Source: a virus
Lineage: Duplodnaviria; Caudoviricetes
DNA length: 31,578 nucleotides
Strand: one strand, 5' to 3'
Virus record (IMG/VR): IMGVR_UViG_3300020042_009391
Coordinates: 1-31,578 of that record
Shown: positions 9,355 to 17,241 of the stretch, piece after piece
Position numbering within the stretch: position 1 is the stretch's first letter
Layout of the letters: every line of letters begins with the position of its first letter
Position numbers and translations under genes: made by a program
Notes under the pieces: model-generated
The model's input: only the letters and a program-made list of their open reading frames with translations
Told to the model about the DNA's origin: nothing
Databases searched by the model: none

Positions 9355-10303
9355 AGGTTATATTGGCTCAGTACTAGCCAAGACCTTGCATGAACAGAAT
9401 ATAATTCCCTTTGGAATAGACCATGACGGTAGACCAAGCGGATCTGCCATCTACGGTATGTTCTCCATTGGATGTATTACCGACGACTTGATCATAGAAT
9501 GTATAATGGATCAAGGTATCGATACTATTTTCCATCTAGCTGCATATGCAGATGTTGGAGATAGCGTTAGGTATCCCGCCATGTACTATGAGAATAACAT
9601 TGGCAAAACCTCTTTGATGCTGTTAAAGCTTCTCGAGAAAGGGTGGAGGGGTAAAATAATATTTTCTTCTACTGCTGCCGTATACAAAGAACAATCTATG
9701 CCAGTATACGAGGGTTGCGAGATAGGCTCTCCTAACCCATACGGTAAGAGTAAATATGCATGCGAACAATTACTTCATGACATTAGTGCTGCCTACGACA
9801 TACCGGTAGCTATTTTTAGATACTTTAACGTAGCAGGTGCATGGGATGATGTTGGCGATCATATTGACGCCAGCCATATTATCTCAAGACTGTGTGATAG
9901 TACGTATAATAAAAAACCATTTATGTTATATGGTACTGATAAGAACACCCCTGACGGTACGTGTATAAGAGACTATGTACATGTGAGGGACGTTTGCGAT
10001 GCACACATACATGTAGCTAAATTCTTAGATCATGTGATTCCTAATGTGTGGACTTTTAACCTTGGTACTGGTGCCGGTCATTCAAACCTAGAAATTATTA
10101 AGGCGTTTGAAAGGTTTAGCGGTCATAAACCAATTATTATTAATGGTCCAGGGCGCGCCGGCGATCCAGATCATTTAGTAGCCGGTACCATTAAATTTGT
10201 TAATCAAACGAAGTATAGATATAATCATAGTAGTTTAGAGCAAATCATAACTACAGCATGGAATTATTATTGCAATAAAATGGAGTCACAAAATGGCATT
10301 TGA
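9329..10303 (+). CDS. galE: NAD-dependent sugar epimerase, GalE-like
   Basis: GSRGYIGS, FHLAAY, FSSTAAVY, PYGKSK (YxxxK), FRYFNVAG, DGTCIRDYVHV. Confidence 0.85.
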   Translation: MKVLITGSRGYIGSVLAKTLHEQNIIPFGIDHDGRPSGSAIYGMFSIGCITDDLIIECIMDQGIDTIFHLAAYADVGDSVRYPAMYYENNIGKTSLMLLKLLEKGWRGKIIFSSTAAVYKEQSMPVYEGCEIGSPNPYGKSKYACEQLLHDISAAYDIPVAIFRYFNVAGAWDDVGDHIDASHIISRLCDSTYNKKPFMLYGTDKNTPDGTCIRDYVHVRDVCDAHIHVAKFLDHVIPNVWTFNLGTGAGHSNLEIIKAFERFSGHKPIIINGPGRAGDPDHLVAGTIKFVNQTKYRYNHSSLEQIITTAWNYYCNKMESQNGI

Positions 10304-11297
10304 TGAGAATGAGATTTCCGCTAAATCACAAGGCGGTACAGAGATGATGAAGCGTGGATTGGCCGAACGCCTTCCTAAAGAACTAACAGATGACTTTCAG
10401 ATTATCTGTTCACGGGTTCGGGAAATAGAGGAAGAAAAGATTCGAGTATACTGGTTACATGATCTACCAGAAGATCCTGAAACCAATCACCTGACTGATG
10501 CAACAAGTCGGGATAGATTTCATAAGCACGTATTCTGCGGTCAATGGCAGTACTATCGTTACCAGCATATCTTAGGGATGCCGTATGATGAGAACAGTAC
10601 AGTTATTGAGACTGCCATTGAGCCAATGCCAAGTGTGGTTAAGTCAAAGGATGAGATTAGACTAATCTATACATCAACTCCCCAGCGTGGCCTGGCCCTA
10701 TTGGTTCCTGTATTTGAAAAGCTAGCAGAAAAGTATGATAACATTTACCTAGATGTTTTCTCAAGCTTTAAGATCTATGGATGGGATCATGCCGACAAGC
10801 AGTTTGAACCTATCTTCGAACGCTGTCGTAACCATCCGCGTATTAACTATCATGCATTTGCAACTAATGATGTGGTGAGAGAGTCCTTACTCAAAGCCCA
10901 CATTCATGCATACCCATCTATCTGGTTGGAGTGTAACAGTCGTAGTGTTATTGAGGCTATGTCAGCTGGTGCGTTGTGTGTTCACCCCAACTACGGTGGA
11001 CTGATTGATACTTCAGGCGGTATGAACTTTATGTACCAAGGTAATAGTGACCCACAAAAGCACGTCAATACGTTCTACCAGGTTATGGAGAATGCTATTG
11101 AAGCAGTCAATACCGAGCAGCTACAAACTTACTTACAGCTGGTTAAAATGTACGCAGACAACAGATACAACTGGGGTAAAGTAACACAGCAATGGGAAGA
11201 CTTATTGGTAGGGCTTAAGAAGCAGTATAGCACCGTTGATAGCCGTAAGTTAAAGGCATCTGGTCCTATCTTCTCCTACGATACAAACCGTCGATGA
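10293..11297 (+). CDS. GT-B fold glycosyltransferase (GT4-like)
   Basis: GGTE, YTSTPQRGL, AYPSIWLECNSRSVIEAMSAG (Ex7E). Confidence 0.85.
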   Translation: MAFDENEISAKSQGGTEMMKRGLAERLPKELTDDFQIICSRVREIEEEKIRVYWLHDLPEDPETNHLTDATSRDRFHKHVFCGQWQYYRYQHILGMPYDENSTVIETAIEPMPSVVKSKDEIRLIYTSTPQRGLALLVPVFEKLAEKYDNIYLDVFSSFKIYGWDHADKQFEPIFERCRNHPRINYHAFATNDVVRESLLKAHIHAYPSIWLECNSRSVIEAMSAGALCVHPNYGGLIDTSGGMNFMYQGNSDPQKHVNTFYQVMENAIEAVNTEQLQTYLQLVKMYADNRYNWGKVTQQWEDLLVGLKKQYSTVDSRKLKASGPIFSYDTNRR

Positions 11298-12274
11298 TTC
11301 TAACTAGAACACCCCTACGGATCAGTCTCTTTGGTGGGGGTAGTGACATACCATCTTACTACGAGAGGGAGCCTGGTAGGGTACTGTCATTTACTATTGA
11401 CAAGTACATGTACATAGCCCTGTGCCGTACTGCCTTCAAGGGTGTGAAGGTGGTATACAATGAGATTGAACTTACCGAATCAGTTAGCAGTATAAAGCAT
11501 TCAAGAGTAAGGGAGTGCTTACAGGAATTTGGCATATCATCGCATGTTGAAATTAGTTCGTTTTGCGAGATACCAACCAAGGGTACAGGGCTAGGTTCAT
11601 CATCAACTTTTACGGTAGGTTTAATAAATGCTCTATCTAACTTATTAGGTCTACCTTTAGGCAAGTATGATATTGCCAATCTTGCATGTCTTATAGAGAT
11701 AGAATCTTGTAAGGAGCCAATTGGTAAACAAGACCAGTTTGCTGCCGCATACGGTGGGTTAAATGTATTTGGGTTTCGTAAAGACGGGGTAACGATTCTT
11801 AAACCTGCAGTATCAAATATTATTATAGAACGTCTTAATAACAATCTCATGATGTTTTACACTGGGTTAACAAGAAATACATCTGATATTCTAAGTGTGC
11901 AGGGTAAGAGTAAGACCAATGATTCATTGCTAAAGAGAATGGTCGGTATGACTATAGATGCAGAGATTGCACTCGAGGCAGGTAATCTAGATGATGTCGG
12001 TAGAATGTTAGATGAGGGGTGGCAATTAAAGCGTCAACTAGCGTATAATGTATCTAATGACTTTATTGACATGCATTATAAGAGAGCAATGCAGGCAGGC
12101 GCCCTTGGTGGTAAAATACTAGGGGCTGGTGGAGGGGGTTATTTACTGTTCTATGTTCCATTAGATAAACAAGAAACAGTAAGACAGGCATTAAGCAGTT
12201 TAGAAGAGTTTAAATTTAAATTTGAGGATACTGGTACAACAGTAGTATACAATGAAAGCAAGCGAGCACTTTAA
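11294..12274 (+). CDS. hddA: GHMP kinase, D-glycero-D-manno-heptose 7-phosphate kinase (HddA-like)
   Basis: TPLRISLFGGGSD, GTGLGSSS, GKQDQFAAAYGG, GGKILGAGGGG; adjacent to gmhA. Confidence 0.85.
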   Translation: MILTRTPLRISLFGGGSDIPSYYEREPGRVLSFTIDKYMYIALCRTAFKGVKVVYNEIELTESVSSIKHSRVRECLQEFGISSHVEISSFCEIPTKGTGLGSSSTFTVGLINALSNLLGLPLGKYDIANLACLIEIESCKEPIGKQDQFAAAYGGLNVFGFRKDGVTILKPAVSNIIIERLNNNLMMFYTGLTRNTSDILSVQGKSKTNDSLLKRMVGMTIDAEIALEAGNLDDVGRMLDEGWQLKRQLAYNVSNDFIDMHYKRAMQAGALGGKILGAGGGGYLLFYVPLDKQETVRQALSSLEEFKFKFEDTGTTVVYNESKRAL

Positions 12275-12839
12275 AGATTATGTTACTCAACTTATCGATG
12301 GGTTGGTTGAGTTAGATAAGAAGAATTTAGACCAAGCAGTAGATGAGTTAGTGGCAGCATATGCTAACGGTAAGAATGTATTTGTATGTGGTAATGGAGG
12401 ATCAGCTGCCATAAGTGAGCACTTTACCTGCGACCATTCCAAAGGGGTATGCTTTGATACAGGTATGCTCCCCCAGGTACAGTCTCTTTCATCAAACATG
12501 TCGCTGCTAACTGCTATAGCAAATGATATTGGATACGAAAAAGTATTCTCATATCAGCTTAACATGAAGGCAAACGAGGGTGATGTGTTGGTGGTGGTAT
12601 CGAGTAGTGGTAATTCTCTCAATATTATAGATGCATTAAGATGTGCTAAGTTAAAGAAACTATCTACTATTGCACTTGTTGGATTTGATGGTGGACAGGC
12701 TTTGAATCTAGCTGACATAGGCCTGCATGTTAAGAACAATAACTACGGCGTAGTAGAAGATGCACATCAGGCAATCATGCACATCATGGCCCAGGCAATC
12801 AGATTATCGTACCTAAATAGTAACACAATTAAACTATAA
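12252..12839 (+). CDS. gmhA: phosphoheptose (sedoheptulose-7-P) isomerase
   Basis: CGNGGSAA, TAIANDIGYEKVF, SSSGNS, VEDAH SIS-domain motifs. Confidence 0.9.
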   Translation: MKASEHFKDYVTQLIDGLVELDKKNLDQAVDELVAAYANGKNVFVCGNGGSAAISEHFTCDHSKGVCFDTGMLPQVQSLSSNMSLLTAIANDIGYEKVFSYQLNMKANEGDVLVVVSSSGNSLNIIDALRCAKLKKLSTIALVGFDGGQALNLADIGLHVKNNNYGVVEDAHQAIMHIMAQAIRLSYLNSNTIKL

Positions 12840-12845
12840 CTTGCT

Positions 12846-13700
12846 ATGATATTACTTGATTTTAACCAGGTTTGTATTGCTAACCTAATGGCACAATTAG
12901 GTAATCATACAAATACAGAAATAGAAGAAAATCTTCTAAGACATATGGTTCTTAATACCATTAGGTCTTTAAGATCAAAATTCTGTGAGGAATTTGGCGA
13001 ACTTATCATCTGCTGTGATGATAAGAAGGTGTGGCGTAAAGAGGTATTCAAGTACTACAAGGCCAATAGGAAGAAGGCTCGTGAGGAGTCTGAACTCGAC
13101 TGGAATGCAGTATTTAATGCGCTTAATCATATTAAAGCTGAGTTAAAAGAATTCTTCCCGTATAGAGTAGTACAGGTAGAGGGCGCAGAGGCAGATGACG
13201 TTATTGGTGCCATTACTATTGCTAACGGCAATATGCTAAATACTGGTGAGAAGATACTTATTCTTTCTGGGGATAAGGACTTTGGGCAGCTACAAGTTTT
13301 TGGTAACGTAAAACAATATGATCCTGTCAGAAAAAAAGATATTAAGCATGCAGACCCTGTTAAGTTCACAAGAGAGCTTATCCTAAAGGGCGATATAGGG
13401 GATGGTATTCCTAACATACTTTCACCAGACGACTGCCTTGTTAATAAGGTCAGGCAAAAGCCTATGCGGCTTGAAAAATACTCCCACATTAGAAACCCCC
13501 GTCAAGAGCTCCATGAGGAGCAGCTCCGTAACTGGATCCGTAACGAACAACTTATTGATCTTACATTTATTCCAGAAGAGATTCAAAATAAAATTTTTGA
13601 AGTGTACGAGAGTGAAGCAGGCAAGGGCCGCTCCAAGCTCTTTAACTATTTCGTGTCCCATAAGCTTAAATTATTAATTGAAAGTATTAATGAGTTTTAA
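12846..13700 (+). CDS. rnh: T4-like RNase H / 5'-3' exonuclease
   Basis: ILLDFNQ, WRK..F.YYKANRKK, EADDVIG, SGDKDF, GDIGDGIPN. Confidence 0.93.
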   Translation: MILLDFNQVCIANLMAQLGNHTNTEIEENLLRHMVLNTIRSLRSKFCEEFGELIICCDDKKVWRKEVFKYYKANRKKAREESELDWNAVFNALNHIKAELKEFFPYRVVQVEGAEADDVIGAITIANGNMLNTGEKILILSGDKDFGQLQVFGNVKQYDPVRKKDIKHADPVKFTRELILKGDIGDGIPNILSPDDCLVNKVRQKPMRLEKYSHIRNPRQELHEEQLRNWIRNEQLIDLTFIPEEIQNKIFEVYESEAGKGRSKLFNYFVSHKLKLLIESINEF

Positions 13701-14129
13701 ATGAAAAAATCTTTATATGAAGTTCTGGAGGAATGCTCCAAAGGTAAGACGGTAGAAGATAGGGTTAAACTTTTACAAAAAAACGGATCCGCACCCATAC
13801 AAACTATTCTTAAGTATGCTCTTGATCCAAGTATTAAATTTTTACTACCCGATACTGACCCTCCCTACAAACCTACAGATTTCTTAGATCAAGAAAATAT
13901 GCTGTACATGGAACTCAGAAGGTTATACCTTTTTGTAGAAGGTGGTAATCCTAATCTCACAAAGCTGAAAAGAGAAAACCTATTCATTCAGCTGTTAGAA
14001 TCAATTGATAAAAATGATGCAGTTCTCATGTGTCATGTCAAGAACAAGACCCTACCCTTTAAAGAACTTACTGCTAAGGTGGTAAGAAAAGCATTTCCTG
14101 AATTATTGCCAGAGGAGATTAAGCAGTAA
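13701..14129 (+). CDS. conserved T4-like phage hypothetical protein
   Basis: 142 aa, abuts rnh; KRENLFIQLLE motif; function unknown. Confidence 0.8.
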   Translation: MKKSLYEVLEECSKGKTVEDRVKLLQKNGSAPIQTILKYALDPSIKFLLPDTDPPYKPTDFLDQENMLYMELRRLYLFVEGGNPNLTKLKRENLFIQLLESIDKNDAVLMCHVKNKTLPFKELTAKVVRKAFPELLPEEIKQ

Positions 14130-14133
14130 GAAG

Positions 14134-14310
14134 ATGAGTAAGACTTTAAAAAAGAACGTCAAGCGTTCTTCAAATAACGTTTTTGAAGACGGATATCATA
14201 CTAAACAAAAAACACGAGCTGTTGAGAATAGAAAGCAGCTTAAACAATTTGAGAACGCGCTTAGGTCTCGCGATCTTAAAAAAATCTTAATTTATGAGGA
14301 CCAGCTGTAA
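14134..14310 (+). CDS. small basic hypothetical protein (58 aa, absent from the ORF track)
   Basis: MSKTLKKNVKRSS...IYEDQL*; fills the gap and has a TAATG overlap with the next gene. Confidence 0.65.
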   Translation: MSKTLKKNVKRSSNNVFEDGYHTKQKTRAVENRKQLKQFENALRSRDLKKILIYEDQL

Positions 14311-14546
14311 TGCCATATTACGTTTTTAGAGATATTAATACAGAAGAAACTTTTGAGAAGCTGATGAAGATCTCTGAGCTGGATCAATATAAGTTAGATA
14401 ACCCGCACCTACAAACTGTTCCACAAGCCCCCGGTTTTAGTGATCCAGTCAGACTTGGTCGCATGAAACCTTCAGACGGGTTTAGGGATGTTTTACAGAA
14501 AATTAAACAAGGCAGTCCTAGGAGTAGAATTAACACTTACAAGTAA
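14310..14546 (+). CDS. FmdB-like small protein
   Basis: MPYYVFRDINTEETFEK start, and KPSDGFRDVLQKIK as seen before phoH in T4-like phages. Confidence 0.75.
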   Translation: MPYYVFRDINTEETFEKLMKISELDQYKLDNPHLQTVPQAPGFSDPVRLGRMKPSDGFRDVLQKIKQGSPRSRINTYK

Positions 14547-14555
14547 AGGGTCTTA

Positions 14556-15338
14556 ATGAGCAAAGCAGCAAGAAGAAATATAAGAGCGCTCAAAGAAACG
14601 GGAGTAGTTTTAGAGTTTGAACCTAAGCAAACAAAAACTAACCTATCATTAAAAGAGATTGAACCTTTAACGGAGAACCAAAACTTAACTTTCAAAGCTT
14701 TCGATAAGAACAAGAACATTTTGCTGCATGGACTTGCAGGTACAGGAAAGACATTTATTTCCATGTACCTAGGTTTGAAAGAAGTATTAGAGAGGGGTAG
14801 CAGATATAAGAAAGTATTAATCATACGATCAGTCGTTCCTACCAGGGACATGGGTTTTTTGCCTGGTAATACAAAAGAGAAGACAAAAGTATATGAGGCA
14901 CCATACTATGCCATATGCTCTGAACTCTTTGGTAGAGGGGACTCCTATGAGATACTTAAGTCAAGAAATGTAGTAGACTTTATATCAACCTCTTTCATTC
15001 GTGGATTAACCATCAACAATACAATTATAATTGTAGATGAGATTAATAACATGACCTTCCACGAATTGGACAGTGTTATAACTAGGATGGGTCACAACTG
15101 CAAACTCATGCTATGTGGTGACTTCAGACAAAGCGACTTAACCAAGTCAAGTGATAGAAGTGGACTTTCCCACTTCATGAGAATTTTAGATAAGATGGGT
15201 AATTTTGAACATGTCGAATTTAAAGAAGATGACATCGTCAGGTCCGGTCTTGTCAAGGAGTATATAATTGCTAAAAACAGACTTGGCTATTCGTCAGGTA
15301 CCTTTCAAATATCAGCCTTTGCAGGAGCACGATCTTAG
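14556..15338 (+). CDS. phoH: PhoH-like ATPase
   Basis: GLAGTGKT, MGFLPG, FIRGLT, IIVDE, GDFRQSDL, DIVRSGLVKEYI. Confidence 0.93.
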   Translation: MSKAARRNIRALKETGVVLEFEPKQTKTNLSLKEIEPLTENQNLTFKAFDKNKNILLHGLAGTGKTFISMYLGLKEVLERGSRYKKVLIIRSVVPTRDMGFLPGNTKEKTKVYEAPYYAICSELFGRGDSYEILKSRNVVDFISTSFIRGLTINNTIIIVDEINNMTFHELDSVITRMGHNCKLMLCGDFRQSDLTKSSDRSGLSHFMRILDKMGNFEHVEFKEDDIVRSGLVKEYIIAKNRLGYSSGTFQISAFAGARS

Positions 15339-15954
15339 GACTGTAACTAAGAACGGAAAGAGGTATTATGACGTAGACGGTGATTACTTACCTTCAGTAA
15401 CCACCGTTCTTTCCTCCCTACCTAAACCCGGCCTTGATGCATGGAGGGAGAGGGTGGGGGCGGCTGAGGCTACTCGCATTATGACTGAGGCTGCCACCAG
15501 AGGCACCAAAGCTCACAAAATGTGGGAGGAGTATCTCCGGAATGATGTTGACTTTGCCAAAGGTATGATGCCTACATCCATCATGCTTTTTAAACAACTT
15601 CAGCCCTGGCTTGACCGGAACATTGATTTCCTGTATGGCAATGAGATCGCTTTGTTCTCCAAGTCTCTCCATACTGCTGGTAGGTGTGATGCCATTGCAT
15701 CCGTTAACGGACGTCCGGCAATCGTAGACTTCAAGACCTCTACCAATCCAAAGAAAGAGGAATGGATTGAGACATACTTTTACCAAGTTACGGCTTATGC
15801 TATGATGGTGGAGGAGATGTACGGTATAGTAGTAGAAGATGCATACATCCTGATTGCCGTCGCCGATGGGTCACCGCAGAGTTTCCCCATCAGAACCAGA
15901 CACTACAAAGAAACCGTAAAAGGCATATTTAATAGTTACATTACTAACAGTTGA
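15268..15954 (+). CDS. PD-(D/E)XK exonuclease
   Basis: PSVTTVL, RGTKAH, AGRCD...IVDFKTS, YQVTAYA; start codon uncertain. Confidence 0.88.
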   Translation: MLKTDLAIRQVPFKYQPLQEHDLRTVTKNGKRYYDVDGDYLPSVTTVLSSLPKPGLDAWRERVGAAEATRIMTEAATRGTKAHKMWEEYLRNDVDFAKGMMPTSIMLFKQLQPWLDRNIDFLYGNEIALFSKSLHTAGRCDAIASVNGRPAIVDFKTSTNPKKEEWIETYFYQVTAYAMMVEEMYGIVVEDAYILIAVADGSPQSFPIRTRHYKETVKGIFNSYITNS

Positions 15955-15979
15955 CTTAATTGCCGCATCCTTGTATAAT
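15951..15979 (+). promoter_or_regulatory. sigma70-like promoter
   Basis: TTGACT-17 nt-TATAAT. Confidence 0.8.
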
Positions 15980-16002
15980 TGAAAAACAATGAGAAGGATG
16001 CT

Positions 16003-16488
16003 ATGATAGCAACTGATAAATTAATGACCAAGCTCGATTTGAGTAAGGGAATGTCTGTTAATCGTGCCATCGTTCAGACTAGTGAGTATATTGATAGTCA
16101 ATCTGATCCCCTAAAGGTATCAAATTCTATCCTTAAGACTCTTGGTATGGTCGGGTATAGTTATACGGAACCATCGCAGGCAAAAATCATGGCCTTGGCC
16201 TCGATTGAGCAGGTTTTGGTTATGGATGTGTTTGATCCGAGTAAGGCTGAAGAGATAGCTATTACAAAGTTTGAGCGTATTCTAAAGAGAATGCCTTATG
16301 CAGTTAAAGGTACAGCAGTATCTAAGGCGCGTAAGGGATCGAAGAGAGATGTTGCTCGTCAGATCTACCTTGAAAATAGGGGTAAGGACGAGAAGGAAGT
16401 AATCGCAATAGTTGCCAAAGAAATGGAAGTAACTCTGCAAAACGCGTATACATACATATATTTGGTTAAAAAAGACTTAAAGTCGTAA
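16003..16488 (+). CDS. hypothetical protein with C-terminal HTH-like segment
   Basis: RBS AAGGA then ATG 16003; the TTG at 15979 overlaps the -10 box. Confidence 0.75.
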   Translation: MIATDKLMTKLDLSKGMSVNRAIVQTSEYIDSQSDPLKVSNSILKTLGMVGYSYTEPSQAKIMALASIEQVLVMDVFDPSKAEEIAITKFERILKRMPYAVKGTAVSKARKGSKRDVARQIYLENRGKDEKEVIAIVAKEMEVTLQNAYTYIYLVKKDLKS

Positions 16489-16493
16489 GATAA

Positions 16494-16522
16494 TTGACTT
16501 TTTTAGCTACATACAGTATAAT
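16494..16522 (+). promoter_or_regulatory. sigma70-like promoter of the tRNA array
   Basis: TTGACT-17 nt-TATAAT. Confidence 0.85.
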
Positions 16523-16550
16523 ACAAACATGTTAACGGTAAAAGGTATAA

Positions 16551-16646
16551 ATGCTCAGTTGTAATCAACGATCAAAATTAATTAGTTGGAATCATCTATC
16601 CGATGAGGCCGGCTATCCTTTTATCTCGGGGTCTTGTAAGTTGTAA
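16551..16646 (+). CDS. putative attenuator leader peptide MLSCNQRSKLISWNHLSDEAGYPFISGSCKL
   Basis: RBS AAAGGT 4 nt upstream; 31 codons; the last codons overlap the 5' strand of the antiterminator. Confidence 0.7.
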   Translation: MLSCNQRSKLISWNHLSDEAGYPFISGSCKL

Positions 16647-16673
16647 TCATACATCTTATCCCTACAAGACCCC
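16628..16673 (+). promoter_or_regulatory. putative antiterminator hairpin
   Basis: GGGGTCTTGTA (16628-16638) is the exact reverse complement of TACAAGACCCC (16663-16673), which overlaps the left arm of the terminator. Confidence 0.75.
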
Positions 16674-16701
16674 AGGACTAAACACCCTGGGGTTCTTTTT
16701 T
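16669..16701 (+). terminator. rho-independent terminator/attenuator upstream of the first tRNA
   Basis: ACCCCAGG-9 nt-CCTGGGGT followed by TCTTTTTT. Confidence 0.85.
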
Positions 16702-16728
16702 GCTCTTTAAAAATTTAAGCAGGTATAT

Positions 16729-16803
16729 GCACCTATCGTCTATCGGTTAGGACGCTGCCCTTTCAAGGCGGAAAGAGGAGTTCGATTCTCCTTAGGTGTA
16801 CCA
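16729..16803 (+). tRNA. tRNA-Glu(TTC)
   Basis: Cloverleaf, loop CT-TTC-AA, CCA. Confidence 0.93.
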
Positions 16804-16912
16804 TATTAAAGCATATTTCAGGTTGGGTTAGATTCGCGGTCTAACTATTTGGGTATTATGGACTAGATAATTACTAGCCCCGGTACTAAGATACGGAGTA
16901 TGTTTTAATATG
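16802..16912 (+). ncRNA. putative structured RNA following tRNA-Glu
   Basis: 18-bp closing stem CATATTAAAGCATATTTC/GGAGTATGTTTTAATATG with G-U pairs; internal hairpins GTTAGA/TCTAAC and CTAG/CTAG. Confidence 0.6.
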
Positions 16913-16918
16913 CTAGAT

Positions 16919-16994
16919 GTTGGTGTGACCCGAAAGGCTAGGGAGCAGATTGCAAATCTGTTTTATGCAGGTTCGAGTCCTGTCACCAACTCCA
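16919..16994 (+). tRNA. tRNA-Cys(GCA)
   Basis: Loop TT-GCA-AA, U73 discriminator, CCA. Confidence 0.92.
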
Positions 16995-17003
16995 CAAAGT
17001 TTC

Positions 17004-17096
17004 GGAGCAATTGATGCTATGGCGTGTGCATCCTCAGACTGTAAATCTGATCCCACCGGGTAAACATTCTTGGTTCGACTCCAAGTTGCTCCACCA
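17004..17096 (+). tRNA. tRNA-Tyr(GTA)
   Basis: Loop CT-GTA-AA, long variable region, CCA. Confidence 0.9.
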
Positions 17097-17099
17097 ATT

Positions 17100-17151
17100 T
17101 TTAAGGAGGGGCGTTACGAAAGTAACGTGCTGTGACTACAGCATCCTTAAA
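17100..17151 (+). ncRNA. putative small three-way-junction RNA
   Basis: TTTAAGGA/TCCTTAAA closing GCGTTAC-GAAA-GTAACGT and GCTGT-GACT-ACAGC. Confidence 0.5.
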
Positions 17152-17159
17152 TTTAATAT

Positions 17160-17235
17160 GGTCCTAAAGTGTTCATGGACGCACGACGGCTTGTCACGCC
17201 GTAAGAGTGGGGATCGTTACCCCCTAGGACCGCCA
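17160..17235 (+). tRNA. tRNA-Asp(GTC)
   Basis: Loop TT-GTC-AC, G73, CCA; atypical T-loop ATCGTTA. Confidence 0.88.
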
Positions 17236-17241
17236 AGTTAT

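Noticed and set aside
11359-15786. Long antisense ORFs (11359-11850, 13127-13489, 14537-14851, 15418-15786) and + strand ORFs within 30226-31419
   Set aside because: Shadow frames of well-supported genes on the opposite strand.
15268-15954. Cas4/CRISPR system
   Set aside because: PD-(D/E)XK nuclease without the Fe-S cysteines; no repeat-spacer array or other cas genes in the window.
16603-16710. Alternative leader ORF MRPAILLSRG... running through the terminator
   Set aside because: No recognisable RBS, and it spans both hairpins, which does not fit attenuation as well as the 16551 ORF.
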